A DNA stretch of 64,000 nucleotides from positions 1,029-65,028 of the forward strand of contig DATLBB010000074.1 in assembly GCA_035527155.1 (NCBI GenBank), given 5' to 3'. Shown here one piece after another: positions 9,210 through 17,146 of this stretch. A program made the translations under genes and the position numbers. Position 1 is the first letter of the stretch, and the number at the start of each line of letters is the position of its first letter. Under the pieces are notes generated by a model, which saw nothing but the letters and a program-made list of their open reading frames with translations, was not told the origin of the DNA and did no database searches. Source of the stretch: Sedimentisphaerales bacterium. Lineage in GTDB: Bacteria; Planctomycetota; Phycisphaerae; Sedimentisphaerales; Anaerobacaceae.

Positions 9210-9483
9210 TTTGTTTTTCTCCATTAATTTTTGTTTCGTTAGGCGCCTGTTCAGCGCCGGCATATTCACATCTTAAATCCGTTCTTTTACCACAAGAACA
9301 GGTTATTTCTATGACTGCAAACCCAGGTTGGCTTTCCATAATACGCGCCTTGGGCGTGACCAGGGCTGCTGTTGTTTTTTGGGGCCCACCTATTGAAGAC
9401 TGCACTTGCGCCACATCGAGACGGAATTGACCTTCGATTTTTACATCGCTTCCCTTTATAATGTGTCCCACTGTTTTTGGCAT
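9199..9483 (-). CDS. Hypothetical 94-aa protein
   Basis: ORF in an operon-like array with 11-nt spacing logic relative to neighbours. No family recognised. Contains a CSCG...C motif. Confidence 0.45.
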   Translation of the reverse strand: MPKTVGHIIKGSDVKIEGQFRLDVAQVQSSIGGPQKTTAALVTPKARIMESQPGFAVIEITCSCGKRTDLRCEYAGAEQAPNETKINGEKQNAN

Positions 9484-9531
9484 TTACTATCCCAACCTTT
9501 CATTGCTTCCTGTAAGATGAGAATTATTGAA

Positions 9532-9750
9532 TCACGCGCAATAGTCGATAGTATTCCGGTCATCTTCGCTTTCATCAAGCTCGCTTTGCAGGTCCTGCTC
9601 GTCGGCTGAGCTGTTTTGCTCTTGTTCGGAATATTCCTTATTTTCCTTTTGCGGCTGCTGACGGCGCTTTCTGTTCTCGCGTCGTCCGGCGGCTGGAATA
9701 TTTTGCAAACTATCGACCGGCTTAATTATATTTGAATCACTATCTGCCAT
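9532..9750 (-). CDS. Hypothetical 72-aa highly charged protein
   Basis: The ATG overlaps the fliA stop by 11 nt, suggesting translational coupling. Basic centre (RRENRKRRQQPQKENK) and acidic tail. Low-complexity sequence, so uncertain. Confidence 0.35.
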   Translation of the reverse strand: MADSDSNIIKPVDSLQNIPAAGRRENRKRRQQPQKENKEYSEQEQNSSADEQDLQSELDESEDDRNTIDYCA

Positions 9751-10660
9751 CTTTCCACTGCCTCAATTCTACGGACAGGTTAAATAGAGCACTTGCGTGC
9801 AGTTGACTGACGCGCGGCTCGGTAATTTCAAAAACCTCTGCAATCTGCTTCATCGTCAGGTGCCGCTGATAATAAAACAGAACAATTTGTCTCTGCCTGG
9901 CTGGTAACTGTTGTATCGCCTCGGCCAACTTATCTATAAGCTCGGCCTGTTCGATCTGCTGGACAGGAGTAGCGGTGTTTGGCGCCGTCAAGAGGTCGCC
10001 CAGTGCAGGCGTGTCCTCTCCAAATCCATCGATGGAGACAAAATGCCGGGCACGAGCACTTTTTAATGTTTCATAAAGTTTATCAACTGTTATTCCAAGC
10101 TCTTCAGCCAACTGGGCGTCAGTGGGTGCGGCGCCTGTCCGCTCGGTGATTTTCTGTGCCAACTGCATTGCATTGCGAATCTGCTTGTTGAGATTTGCAG
10201 GCAGCAAAGATGAGCCTCTGAGTTCATCCAAAATAGCTCCCTTGACCTTAGTATAAGCATACGTTTTGAACTCGGTATTGTGAGACGGGTCGAAATCGCG
10301 TGCGGCCTTGACCAGTCCAACAGCTCCTGCGGATACTAAATCTTCAAAAGATAACGGAGGCTTCAGATACACTACGACCTTGTAGACTATTTTACGAACC
10401 ATAGGCAAAAATTCAGTTATCCGTTCATTCCTGAGCGATTGTGTTTTCTGGCCGGCGTATGCGCGCAATGCGGCGGTATTCAGATGCTTCCTGCTATCTT
10501 TAAGGGCTTCGACGCTCAGTTCAGCCGGAGCAGTCCCCAAGGCCGATTTATCAGCGGTCCGACTGGGTGGTTCGGCTGAGCTCACCATCGAAGACTCACC
10601 GCATTCCTTTTGCCCCCCAATAAACCGACGCACAGGAATGTTTTCAGCCTTTATCGGCAT
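9740..10660 (-). CDS. fliA: Flagellar sigma factor FliA (sigma-28, FliA/WhiG family)
   Basis: Region 2: FEDLVSAGAVGLVKAARDFDPSHNTEFKTYAYTKVKGAILDELR. Region 4: LPARQRQIVLFYYQRHLTMKQIAEVFEITEPRVSQLHASAL. The start is uncertain; an alternative ATG lies at 10588. Confidence 0.9.
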   Translation of the reverse strand: MPIKAENIPVRRFIGGQKECGESSMVSSAEPPSRTADKSALGTAPAELSVEALKDSRKHLNTAALRAYAGQKTQSLRNERITEFLPMVRKIVYKVVVYLKPPLSFEDLVSAGAVGLVKAARDFDPSHNTEFKTYAYTKVKGAILDELRGSSLLPANLNKQIRNAMQLAQKITERTGAAPTDAQLAEELGITVDKLYETLKSARARHFVSIDGFGEDTPALGDLLTAPNTATPVQQIEQAELIDKLAEAIQQLPARQRQIVLFYYQRHLTMKQIAEVFEITEPRVSQLHASALFNLSVELRQWKDGR

Positions 10661-10943
10661 TTTCTTTTTCCTCTTGGCGCTTCATCCAGCTTGTAACTAT
10701 CGCGTTCATCAAAATAGCGTTTATCGCTTTTACAGCCCAGGCTCCTGCTATATACGCAACCGCCGCCCCGGCGAGAGCCCTCTTACAGCAGGTAAACGGT
10801 GACAGAGCACTGGCCCAGCCGATTAAGCTCAGGCCGAAAAAACATATCACCGCAACGCTTACTGCAATTGACCGAACGTGTAACGGCATAATTTTGTGCC
10901 CCGTATTTTGTGTCGCCGCTGCTTTTCTTCGCAAAGCGAACAA
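10644..10943 (-). CDS. Hypothetical small two-TM membrane protein
   Basis: Two hydrophobic segments (IAVSVAVICFFGLSLIGWA; AGAAVAYIAGAWAVKAINAIL). Sits between flhA and fliA. An alternative start lies at 10889. Confidence 0.4.
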   Translation of the reverse strand: MFALRRKAAATQNTGHKIMPLHVRSIAVSVAVICFFGLSLIGWASALSPFTCCKRALAGAAVAYIAGAWAVKAINAILMNAIVTSWMKRQEEKENADKG

Positions 10944-10964
10944 GCTGGGCGACGAATTACATTA

Positions 10965-13130
10965 TCACTTTAAGACTCCAGCAAGTTCCTGCTCCTGCTG
11001 CTGTGTCAATTCAGTCTGCTGGATAGATATAGCTTCTATTGGTTCTACTTCGGTTCCGAGCACGATTTCATCATAGGCGGCGACCGGCAACAGCGGCACC
11101 GTTCGTGATAACATTGCCGACAGAGGCGCACGCAGTCTCGAATCGCACAGCAAAACTAACTTGTCCCTGCCTTTGTCGCACGCCTGCTTCCAGGCTTGTG
11201 CAATTTTTCGGCTTATATCCATTACCATTTCGGTCGGCAATGCGAGGTTTATTGTCTCCGCTTCCTGCCGCAAAGTTGAAGTCATCTGATGTTCGAGGGC
11301 GGGGTCGAGGGTTATGGCTGAGATTTTGCCGGCCTCGTCTTTTAACTGGTCGGTAATGGTCCTGCTTAACGACTTTCGAACCATCTCTGTTAAAGCAACA
11401 GGGTTTTTGGTCTTTGAGGCGTGTTCTCCCAGCGATTCAAGTATTGTTGTTAAATCACGAATTGGTATTCCATCCTTCAGAAGGCTTTTAAGCACACGCT
11501 GAAGCAGTCCAATAGATACTTCTCTGTCATCGCCAACGATTTGGCCCACCAATGACGGTTGAGTCTTGCGGAGACGGTCAACAAGAAGCTGTACGTCTTC
11601 ACGTGTCAACAACTCGTCAGCATGTTTTCGCAGTGTTTCGGACAGATGCGTAATAAAGACGGATTCAGGGTCGATGACGGTATATCCGTTTAATTCGGCC
11701 TTTTCCTTGTTTGCCGGTTTAATCCAGAGAGCGGGCAAGCCATACACAGGTTCGGTAGTTTCTATACCCTCGACTTTGGTTTGGACAGCACCGGAATCCA
11801 TAGCAAGGAACATGTCGGGCTCCAATCGTCCCTTTGCTACGGGCAGCTCTGATAGTCGAATCTCGTAGGCAGTCGGTTCGAGGCTGATATTGTCCCGCAG
11901 TCGCACGAGAGGTATAACAATACCAAGCTCCTGTGCGAATTTTCTCCGCAATGCTCCGATACGCTCAAAAATGGCGCTGTCTTTACGAGGGTCAACCATG
12001 CTAATCAATCGGACGCCGACCTGTACAGAAACCCTATCGACTTCGAGCAGGTCCTCAACCGGCTGTTTTTCAGCCTTTGCCTTCGGAGGAGCCTCGCGTT
12101 TGCTGCGGCCCTTTTCAGATTTAGCCGCTACTCGACCAAACATGGCGGCGCCGGTAGCCAACAGTAGAAAAGGAATTTTGGGCAGGCCGGGCACAAGCGC
12201 CAGCGAACCAATGACAACAGCCGCTATAATCAGCGGCTGGCTGGCCTTAAGAAACTGTCTGGACAGGTCCTGTCCAACGCTATAGCGTGACGAGATTTTT
12301 GTTACCAAAAAGCCTGAACTGACGGAGATTATTACCGATGGTATCTGTGTTACGAGTCCATCGCCGATGGAAAGGATAGAATAAGTCCTTACAGCATCGG
12401 CAAGGGGCATAGCGCGTGAATAACCCATAGCTATCCCGCCGATTATGTTGACCGCGGTGATTAGCAGCCCTGCCTTGGCATCTCCCCGAATGAATTTGCT
12501 GGCACCGTCCATCGCGCCATAAAACTCACTTTCCTTGACAATTTTTGCTCTGCGCTCGTTGGCCTGCTCCTCGGTGATAGTTCCAGCGTTAAGGTCGGCA
12601 TCAATTGCCATTTGCTTGCCGGGCATAGCATCAAGTGTGAAACGTGCAGAAACTTCGCTTATTCGCTCGGCACCTTTTGTGATTACTATAAACTGGATGA
12701 CAACAAGGATTAAAAAGATTACGAGCCCGACGACGAAACTGCCTCCGGCAACGAAGCCGCCGAAGGTCTCGATAATCCTGCCTGCGTTGCCATGTAGAAG
12801 TATCAATCTGGTTGAGGCGACATTAAGAGAAAGTCTAAACAGCGTTACAAAAAGCAGCAGTGAAGGGAAAGTAGATAATTCGAGTGCTTCTTTTGACGAT
12901 AGTGTAACTATCAAGACAGCCACAGCCAGGGATATACTACAAGCGAGAAACATATCCAACACTGGGGTGGGCAGAGGGATTATAATTGTGGCAAGGACCG
13001 CCACCAGTCCAACAGCCAAGATAATATTGCTGTGGGACGCAAGCGGCATATTGATGGGATTCGGCTCCGCTGTTTTGCGCAAACGGGGTCCCACCAATCC
13101 TGATGAGCTTTGTTGTGCCGCGTCTGCCAT
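10965..13130 (-). CDS. flhA: Flagellar export gate protein FlhA
   Basis: FLILVVIQFIVITKGAERISEVSARFTLDAMPGKQMAIDADLNAG plus the full cytoplasmic domain. ATG 13130 (GAAGGAACC upstream) is preferred over the track start at 13190. Confidence 0.95.
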   Translation of the reverse strand: MADAAQQSSSGLVGPRLRKTAEPNPINMPLASHSNIILAVGLVAVLATIIIPLPTPVLDMFLACSISLAVAVLIVTLSSKEALELSTFPSLLLFVTLFRLSLNVASTRLILLHGNAGRIIETFGGFVAGGSFVVGLVIFLILVVIQFIVITKGAERISEVSARFTLDAMPGKQMAIDADLNAGTITEEQANERRAKIVKESEFYGAMDGASKFIRGDAKAGLLITAVNIIGGIAMGYSRAMPLADAVRTYSILSIGDGLVTQIPSVIISVSSGFLVTKISSRYSVGQDLSRQFLKASQPLIIAAVVIGSLALVPGLPKIPFLLLATGAAMFGRVAAKSEKGRSKREAPPKAKAEKQPVEDLLEVDRVSVQVGVRLISMVDPRKDSAIFERIGALRRKFAQELGIVIPLVRLRDNISLEPTAYEIRLSELPVAKGRLEPDMFLAMDSGAVQTKVEGIETTEPVYGLPALWIKPANKEKAELNGYTVIDPESVFITHLSETLRKHADELLTREDVQLLVDRLRKTQPSLVGQIVGDDREVSIGLLQRVLKSLLKDGIPIRDLTTILESLGEHASKTKNPVALTEMVRKSLSRTITDQLKDEAGKISAITLDPALEHQMTSTLRQEAETINLALPTEMVMDISRKIAQAWKQACDKGRDKLVLLCDSRLRAPLSAMLSRTVPLLPVAAYDEIVLGTEVEPIEAISIQQTELTQQQEQELAGVLK

Positions 13131-13208
13131 TATGGTTCCTTCTACCCCGCTGCTTTCTGCCGAGAGGCATCCTGTGGATTGCGAAAGCAAGAAGCGGGTG
13201 ATTCTGAT

Positions 13209-13616
13209 TTACGCATCGAGAGCAGAATCATCAAGGCCAAGAATCTGCTTTATCTTGATGGCGAACCGGCCGTCCACCACCACTATAGTTCCCGTGGCAA
13301 ACTTAGTGTCCCTCAGGTACAAGTCTGCCGGTTCATCAATAGATTTATCAAGCTCCAACACCGAGCCAGGTCCAAGCTGCAAGAGTCTGCGAACAGGTAT
13401 CTCTGTCTGTCCAATAGCAACAGTAATAAAAATGCCCACGTCCAGTAAGACGTCAATACTTCCGCCGGCACCTGTGTCCCCTGCTGCAGGAACCTCGGAA
13501 AATTCAACAGGTTGTACCTGCGTTTTTGGGTCTTCCTGTGCTTCAGCCTCTGACGGATTTTCCTGGTCCTGCTTTTCTTCGGTCTTTTCTTCTGTGGCTT
13601 CAGTTGTTTCCGCCAT
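13209..13616 (-). CDS. fliN: Flagellar motor switch protein FliN
   Basis: C-terminal SpoA domain: IDVLLDVGIFITVAIGQTEIPVRRLLQLGPGSVLELDKSIDEPADLYLRDTKFATGTIVVVDGRFAIKI. Confidence 0.9.
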   Translation of the reverse strand: MAETTEATEEKTEEKQDQENPSEAEAQEDPKTQVQPVEFSEVPAAGDTGAGGSIDVLLDVGIFITVAIGQTEIPVRRLLQLGPGSVLELDKSIDEPADLYLRDTKFATGTIVVVDGRFAIKIKQILGLDDSALDA

Positions 13617-13666
13617 ATTTTGATTTCCTTTTCTTTATTAAGTACCTGTAATTGGATTTATATCTT

Positions 13667-14632
13667 TTATGTATTACAAGCCAGTTCCGTAATCAGCACA
13701 GCGTGCTTTCCGGCTGATTTTGCGGGCCTGGCCAGAAAGGCCCTTTGTCCGTTTACTATCAATTCAATCGGCTCATCAATTCTCTTATCAAGTAAGAGTA
13801 TATCATTGGGTCGAAGACTCACTATTTCTCCAAAGGGGAGCACGGCAGAAGCCACTTGAGCCACAACAGAAACGGGCATTTCCTGCATACGGCCAAGGAT
13901 TGCTTTTGAAATCTCCTCGGGCGAGAATTTGGCAACAGCTTCCACGGTTTTTCCCACCATATGTTGGAGTTTGTTTGAGAGTATTAAGATGTAAGCTTCG
14001 GAGCTGTCCTCCTGGTCGTTTTTCTTGACTTGAAAAGTAAATTTGCAGAGTTCTTCTGTGCCTTTGAGGTCAAGAGGCAAGAGCCTTCTGACAATATTCT
14101 CAGCCGGCTGGAAATTGTAAGTTTTAGAAGGGCTGGAAAACGCGTCAACGATGGCAGAGGTGATGTCTAATAAAAGCGACTCTTCCAACAGCGATAAATC
14201 CACCCTCGAATCCCCTTCGGATTCAGTATCCCCAAGCAATTGTGTCGCCCAGATGGATGCAGTTTGTGTAGGTACACAAATAAGTCCACATGAAGTCTCC
14301 TGGTTGTTGCCGAAAGCCAGGTAATAATCATTCTGCTTGCTCTCCAGGGCCAGGTCAACAAGCTCAGCAGCAAAATGCTGGGTGATGGAGACAACCGCTA
14401 CATCGAACTCGTTGTTGCAAAAGTCAGTGAATTTTTCAGCGATTGTCCTGGCCACTTTTTTTGTGAAATCTTCGAGTTTATTGAGCTGGCTTCTATCAAA
14501 GTAGTGAGGTTGATGCCAACTGTATTCTGTAGCCTTTATCTGCGTGGTATCCTCCATCGGCCCCGAACCGATAGCCATAAGGAGCTGTTGCATCATTTCT
14601 TTAGTTAAATTGTGAGCTGCTCTGGTACTCAT
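13667..14632 (-). CDS. fliM: Flagellar motor switch protein FliM
   Basis: 321 aa with a FliM-type middle domain and a C-terminal SpoA domain (FGEIVSLRPNDILLLDKRIDEPIELIVNGQRAFLARP). N-terminal LTKEMMQQLL occupies the position of the LSQxEIDxLL motif. Confidence 0.9.
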   Translation of the reverse strand: MSTRAAHNLTKEMMQQLLMAIGSGPMEDTTQIKATEYSWHQPHYFDRSQLNKLEDFTKKVARTIAEKFTDFCNNEFDVAVVSITQHFAAELVDLALESKQNDYYLAFGNNQETSCGLICVPTQTASIWATQLLGDTESEGDSRVDLSLLEESLLLDITSAIVDAFSSPSKTYNFQPAENIVRRLLPLDLKGTEELCKFTFQVKKNDQEDSSEAYILILSNKLQHMVGKTVEAVAKFSPEEISKAILGRMQEMPVSVVAQVASAVLPFGEIVSLRPNDILLLDKRIDEPIELIVNGQRAFLARPAKSAGKHAVLITELACNT

Positions 14633-15240
14633 TGTACGGCAAATTCCTTAAACAGAACGCGTCTGATTCGAGGTTTGGAATCAGGAAAAAGCTTTTCGTT
14701 AAAAGCATCAAGTACCTGGGATTGAATACTCTTGAGGTTCCTGTCCCCTCTTATATCTTCAAGGCTTAAACCTGCAAGGTAGATGGTAAGCCAGTTTGTC
14801 AGGAGTGGTTTTTTCTCCTCAATAAAAACGACTCCTTTCTTCTGCTCGACTTGAGGGTCTATTTCCAGTGTCAGAGTCAGCCGAACGTAGCGTGTTACGC
14901 CGGGTGCATCAAGATTTGCCACAACAGGCTCCAAATCATAGTACCAGGTTCCCTGAGATTCGTCGCCGGTCAAATCCGGGGTATTCACTTTTATGCCCTC
15001 CGGCAGAGTCGGTCCGCCTTCGGTGGCCTGGGCGGTCTCGGTTGTGCCGGAACCACCAAATATTCGACCGAGTCCAAAGCCTGCACCGGCACCAACTATT
15101 ATAACAACAGCCATTATTATCCACTGCAAGCGGCCCCCAAAGGCCTTCTTATCGCTCGGTTCCGCCTTTACCTGCTCCCGTTCTTTTTGCTCTTGCTTTT
15201 GCTCCTGCTGTTGCTCTTTTGTCTCATCTGTATCCGCCAT
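14629..15240 (-). CDS. fliL: Flagellar basal-body-associated protein FliL
   Basis: Single TM segment, then YYDLEPVVANLDAPGVTRYVRLTLTLEI...LEDIRGDRNLKSIQSQVLDAFN...VLFKEFAVQ. ATG 15240 is preceded by GGAGGAAAGG. Confidence 0.85.
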   Translation of the reverse strand: MADTDETKEQQQEQKQEQKEREQVKAEPSDKKAFGGRLQWIIMAVVIIVGAGAGFGLGRIFGGSGTTETAQATEGGPTLPEGIKVNTPDLTGDESQGTWYYDLEPVVANLDAPGVTRYVRLTLTLEIDPQVEQKKGVVFIEEKKPLLTNWLTIYLAGLSLEDIRGDRNLKSIQSQVLDAFNEKLFPDSKPRIRRVLFKEFAVQ

Positions 15241-15313
15241 TTTCGTCTTTCCTTTCCTCCACACATTTATATGTGTGGTATCCTTCTATTTCCCCACACG
15301 TAAGTGTGGGGTC

Positions 15314-17107
15314 TTAAGCGTTCGACTGAGCGCTCGCGCCGAAGGCCGGCTGCAAGCACCCGGTTCGGCTAAGCTCACCATCGAAGCCTTCTCTGCGATA
15401 TCGGTGTATTCTGTCCCGCAACGTTCGGTCGCTAATTCCCAATACCTTTGCGGCCCTGGTCCGGTTGCCTCCGGTCTGCTGTAAAGTATCCAGGATAGCT
15501 CTTCGCTCAATCTGCTCAAGGGGTACTCCGCCAAGTCCGCTCTCGCTCCTGCTTTCACAAGAAGGAGTGGGTGCATACGCATCTATTGCGCACGACGAAT
15601 TATGACCGTTTTCTTTTTCCTGTGGCAGCGGTTGTAATTCGTCAAAGAGCCAGGAGACATCGGCCAGTGACAGGGCTTCGCCAAGACCCAAAATCAGCGA
15701 TGTCCGCACGACATTGCGCAATTGCCGCACATTGCCGGGCCAGTGGTATTTGGCGAAAATGTCCATCATCACCGCGTCGAGCTCAGTGATACGACGCTGG
15801 GCTTCGCGGGCATAAAGATTGACAAAATACCATACGAGGTCAGACAAATCATCCTTTCGTTTCCTCAGAGGGCAAATGACTAATCTTATGCCGTTTAGTC
15901 GATAGTAAAGGTCCTGACGGAATCGTCCCTGCTGCACCGCCTGCAATAAATCCTTATTTGTAGTGCTTATTATTCGAACATCGACCCTAATGTTTTCGTT
16001 TCCTCCGACACGTTCAAAATCCTGCTGATCGAGAACCCGCAGCAGCTTTGCCTGAAATTTTATTGGTGTTTCGGCAATTTCGTCCAGGAGCAGTGTCCCT
16101 CCATGAGCCATTTCGAATCGACCTTTGTGCCGATTATAGGCTCCGGTGAACGCGCCCTTCTCATGACCAAACAACTCGCTTTCAAGAAGGGAGTCACTTA
16201 AGGCGGCACAATTAACCTTAATGTATGCACCTTGTGCTCTTCTGCTTCTGTGGTGGATAAGATAAGAGAGCAATTCTTTGCCTGTTCCACTTTCGCCACT
16301 TATTAAAACCGGTGCTGACGTTGGAGCTACTTTTTTAGCCAAATTGACGGTCTGAACCATGTTTGCATTTCTGCCCACGATTCGATACAGACAGTTGGTA
16401 CCCTCGTAGGCAGAAGCTATCGTTGAGACGCCGTGGTTGGGCAGGAAAGTATCCAGTAATCTCCCAATTTTTTCACGGTCTAACGGCTTGATTAGGAAAT
16501 CATAAGAGCCGAGGCGGACGGCCTTAACTGCCGTCTCAATCAGTTCGTATGTTGCTCGTGGTGTTTTACCTGCCGTTTTGCTTCGCAAAGACGAAGCATC
16601 AGAGGCTTTTTGCCATTCACTGTTTGCTATCATAACGACCGGCAGCTCCGGCGAAATTGCCCTGATTTTCTCAAGCAATTCGAGACCATCCTGCGTCTGG
16701 CCCTGCCTTGTGGCGGATGGGCTTATCCTGTCACTGGTAAATACGAGGTCGCAACTTCCCCTGTCAAGGAAGTCGATGGCATCTTTTATATCACCGGCCA
16801 AGTGACCCCGAATCCCCTTTTGAGCTAAAATTTCAAGCATAAATCGAGCCAGCTCAGTGTCGCCATCAACTATCAAGACATTCGCAATATCTTCGGGGTC
16901 TCCAAACGCACATCCGCTGCCGGGTGTGCAGGCCCGTCCCTGCCCCTGCTTCCGCAGGGGTAAACTTGTCCCCGCAACAGCGGGGATCAGGGATTGGGTT
17001 TGTTGGTCCGGCCCACTGTGCCGGTCTTGGCTTATGGTTTTTACTGTGTTGTTACTCACTTCAAAGATACTCCACTTTCCACCGCCTGCACCTGTGGTTG
17101 CCTGCAC
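15314..17107 (-). CDS. Sigma-54-dependent response regulator (NtrC/FleR/FlrC-like: REC + AAA+ + Fis-type HTH)
   Basis: Receiver segment VLIVDGD...DLVFTSD...FLIKP. Walker A GESGTGKE. GAFTGA loop in GHEKGAFTGA. C-terminal HTH GGNRTRAAKVLGISDRTLRDRI. The roughly 70 aa before the receiver have no recognised domain, so the start is uncertain. Confidence 0.9.
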   Translation of the reverse strand: MQATTGAGGGKWSIFEVSNNTVKTISQDRHSGPDQQTQSLIPAVAGTSLPLRKQGQGRACTPGSGCAFGDPEDIANVLIVDGDTELARFMLEILAQKGIRGHLAGDIKDAIDFLDRGSCDLVFTSDRISPSATRQGQTQDGLELLEKIRAISPELPVVMIANSEWQKASDASSLRSKTAGKTPRATYELIETAVKAVRLGSYDFLIKPLDREKIGRLLDTFLPNHGVSTIASAYEGTNCLYRIVGRNANMVQTVNLAKKVAPTSAPVLISGESGTGKELLSYLIHHRSRRAQGAYIKVNCAALSDSLLESELFGHEKGAFTGAYNRHKGRFEMAHGGTLLLDEIAETPIKFQAKLLRVLDQQDFERVGGNENIRVDVRIISTTNKDLLQAVQQGRFRQDLYYRLNGIRLVICPLRKRKDDLSDLVWYFVNLYAREAQRRITELDAVMMDIFAKYHWPGNVRQLRNVVRTSLILGLGEALSLADVSWLFDELQPLPQEKENGHNSSCAIDAYAPTPSCESRSESGLGGVPLEQIERRAILDTLQQTGGNRTRAAKVLGISDRTLRDRIHRYRREGFDGELSRTGCLQPAFGASAQSNA

Positions 17108-17146
17108 AGTTTACGCAGGCACAGGTGAGAATGTGGTCCCAACAAT

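Noticed and set aside
12535-13623. 362-aa plus-strand ORF, plus several 100-130-aa plus-strand ORFs between 11039 and 13448
   Set aside because: They lie entirely antisense to flhA and fliN, which have unmistakable family signatures. The products are low-complexity Ser/Ala/Thr/Pro-rich sequence with no motifs. This is typical of shadow ORFs on the opposite strand of real genes.
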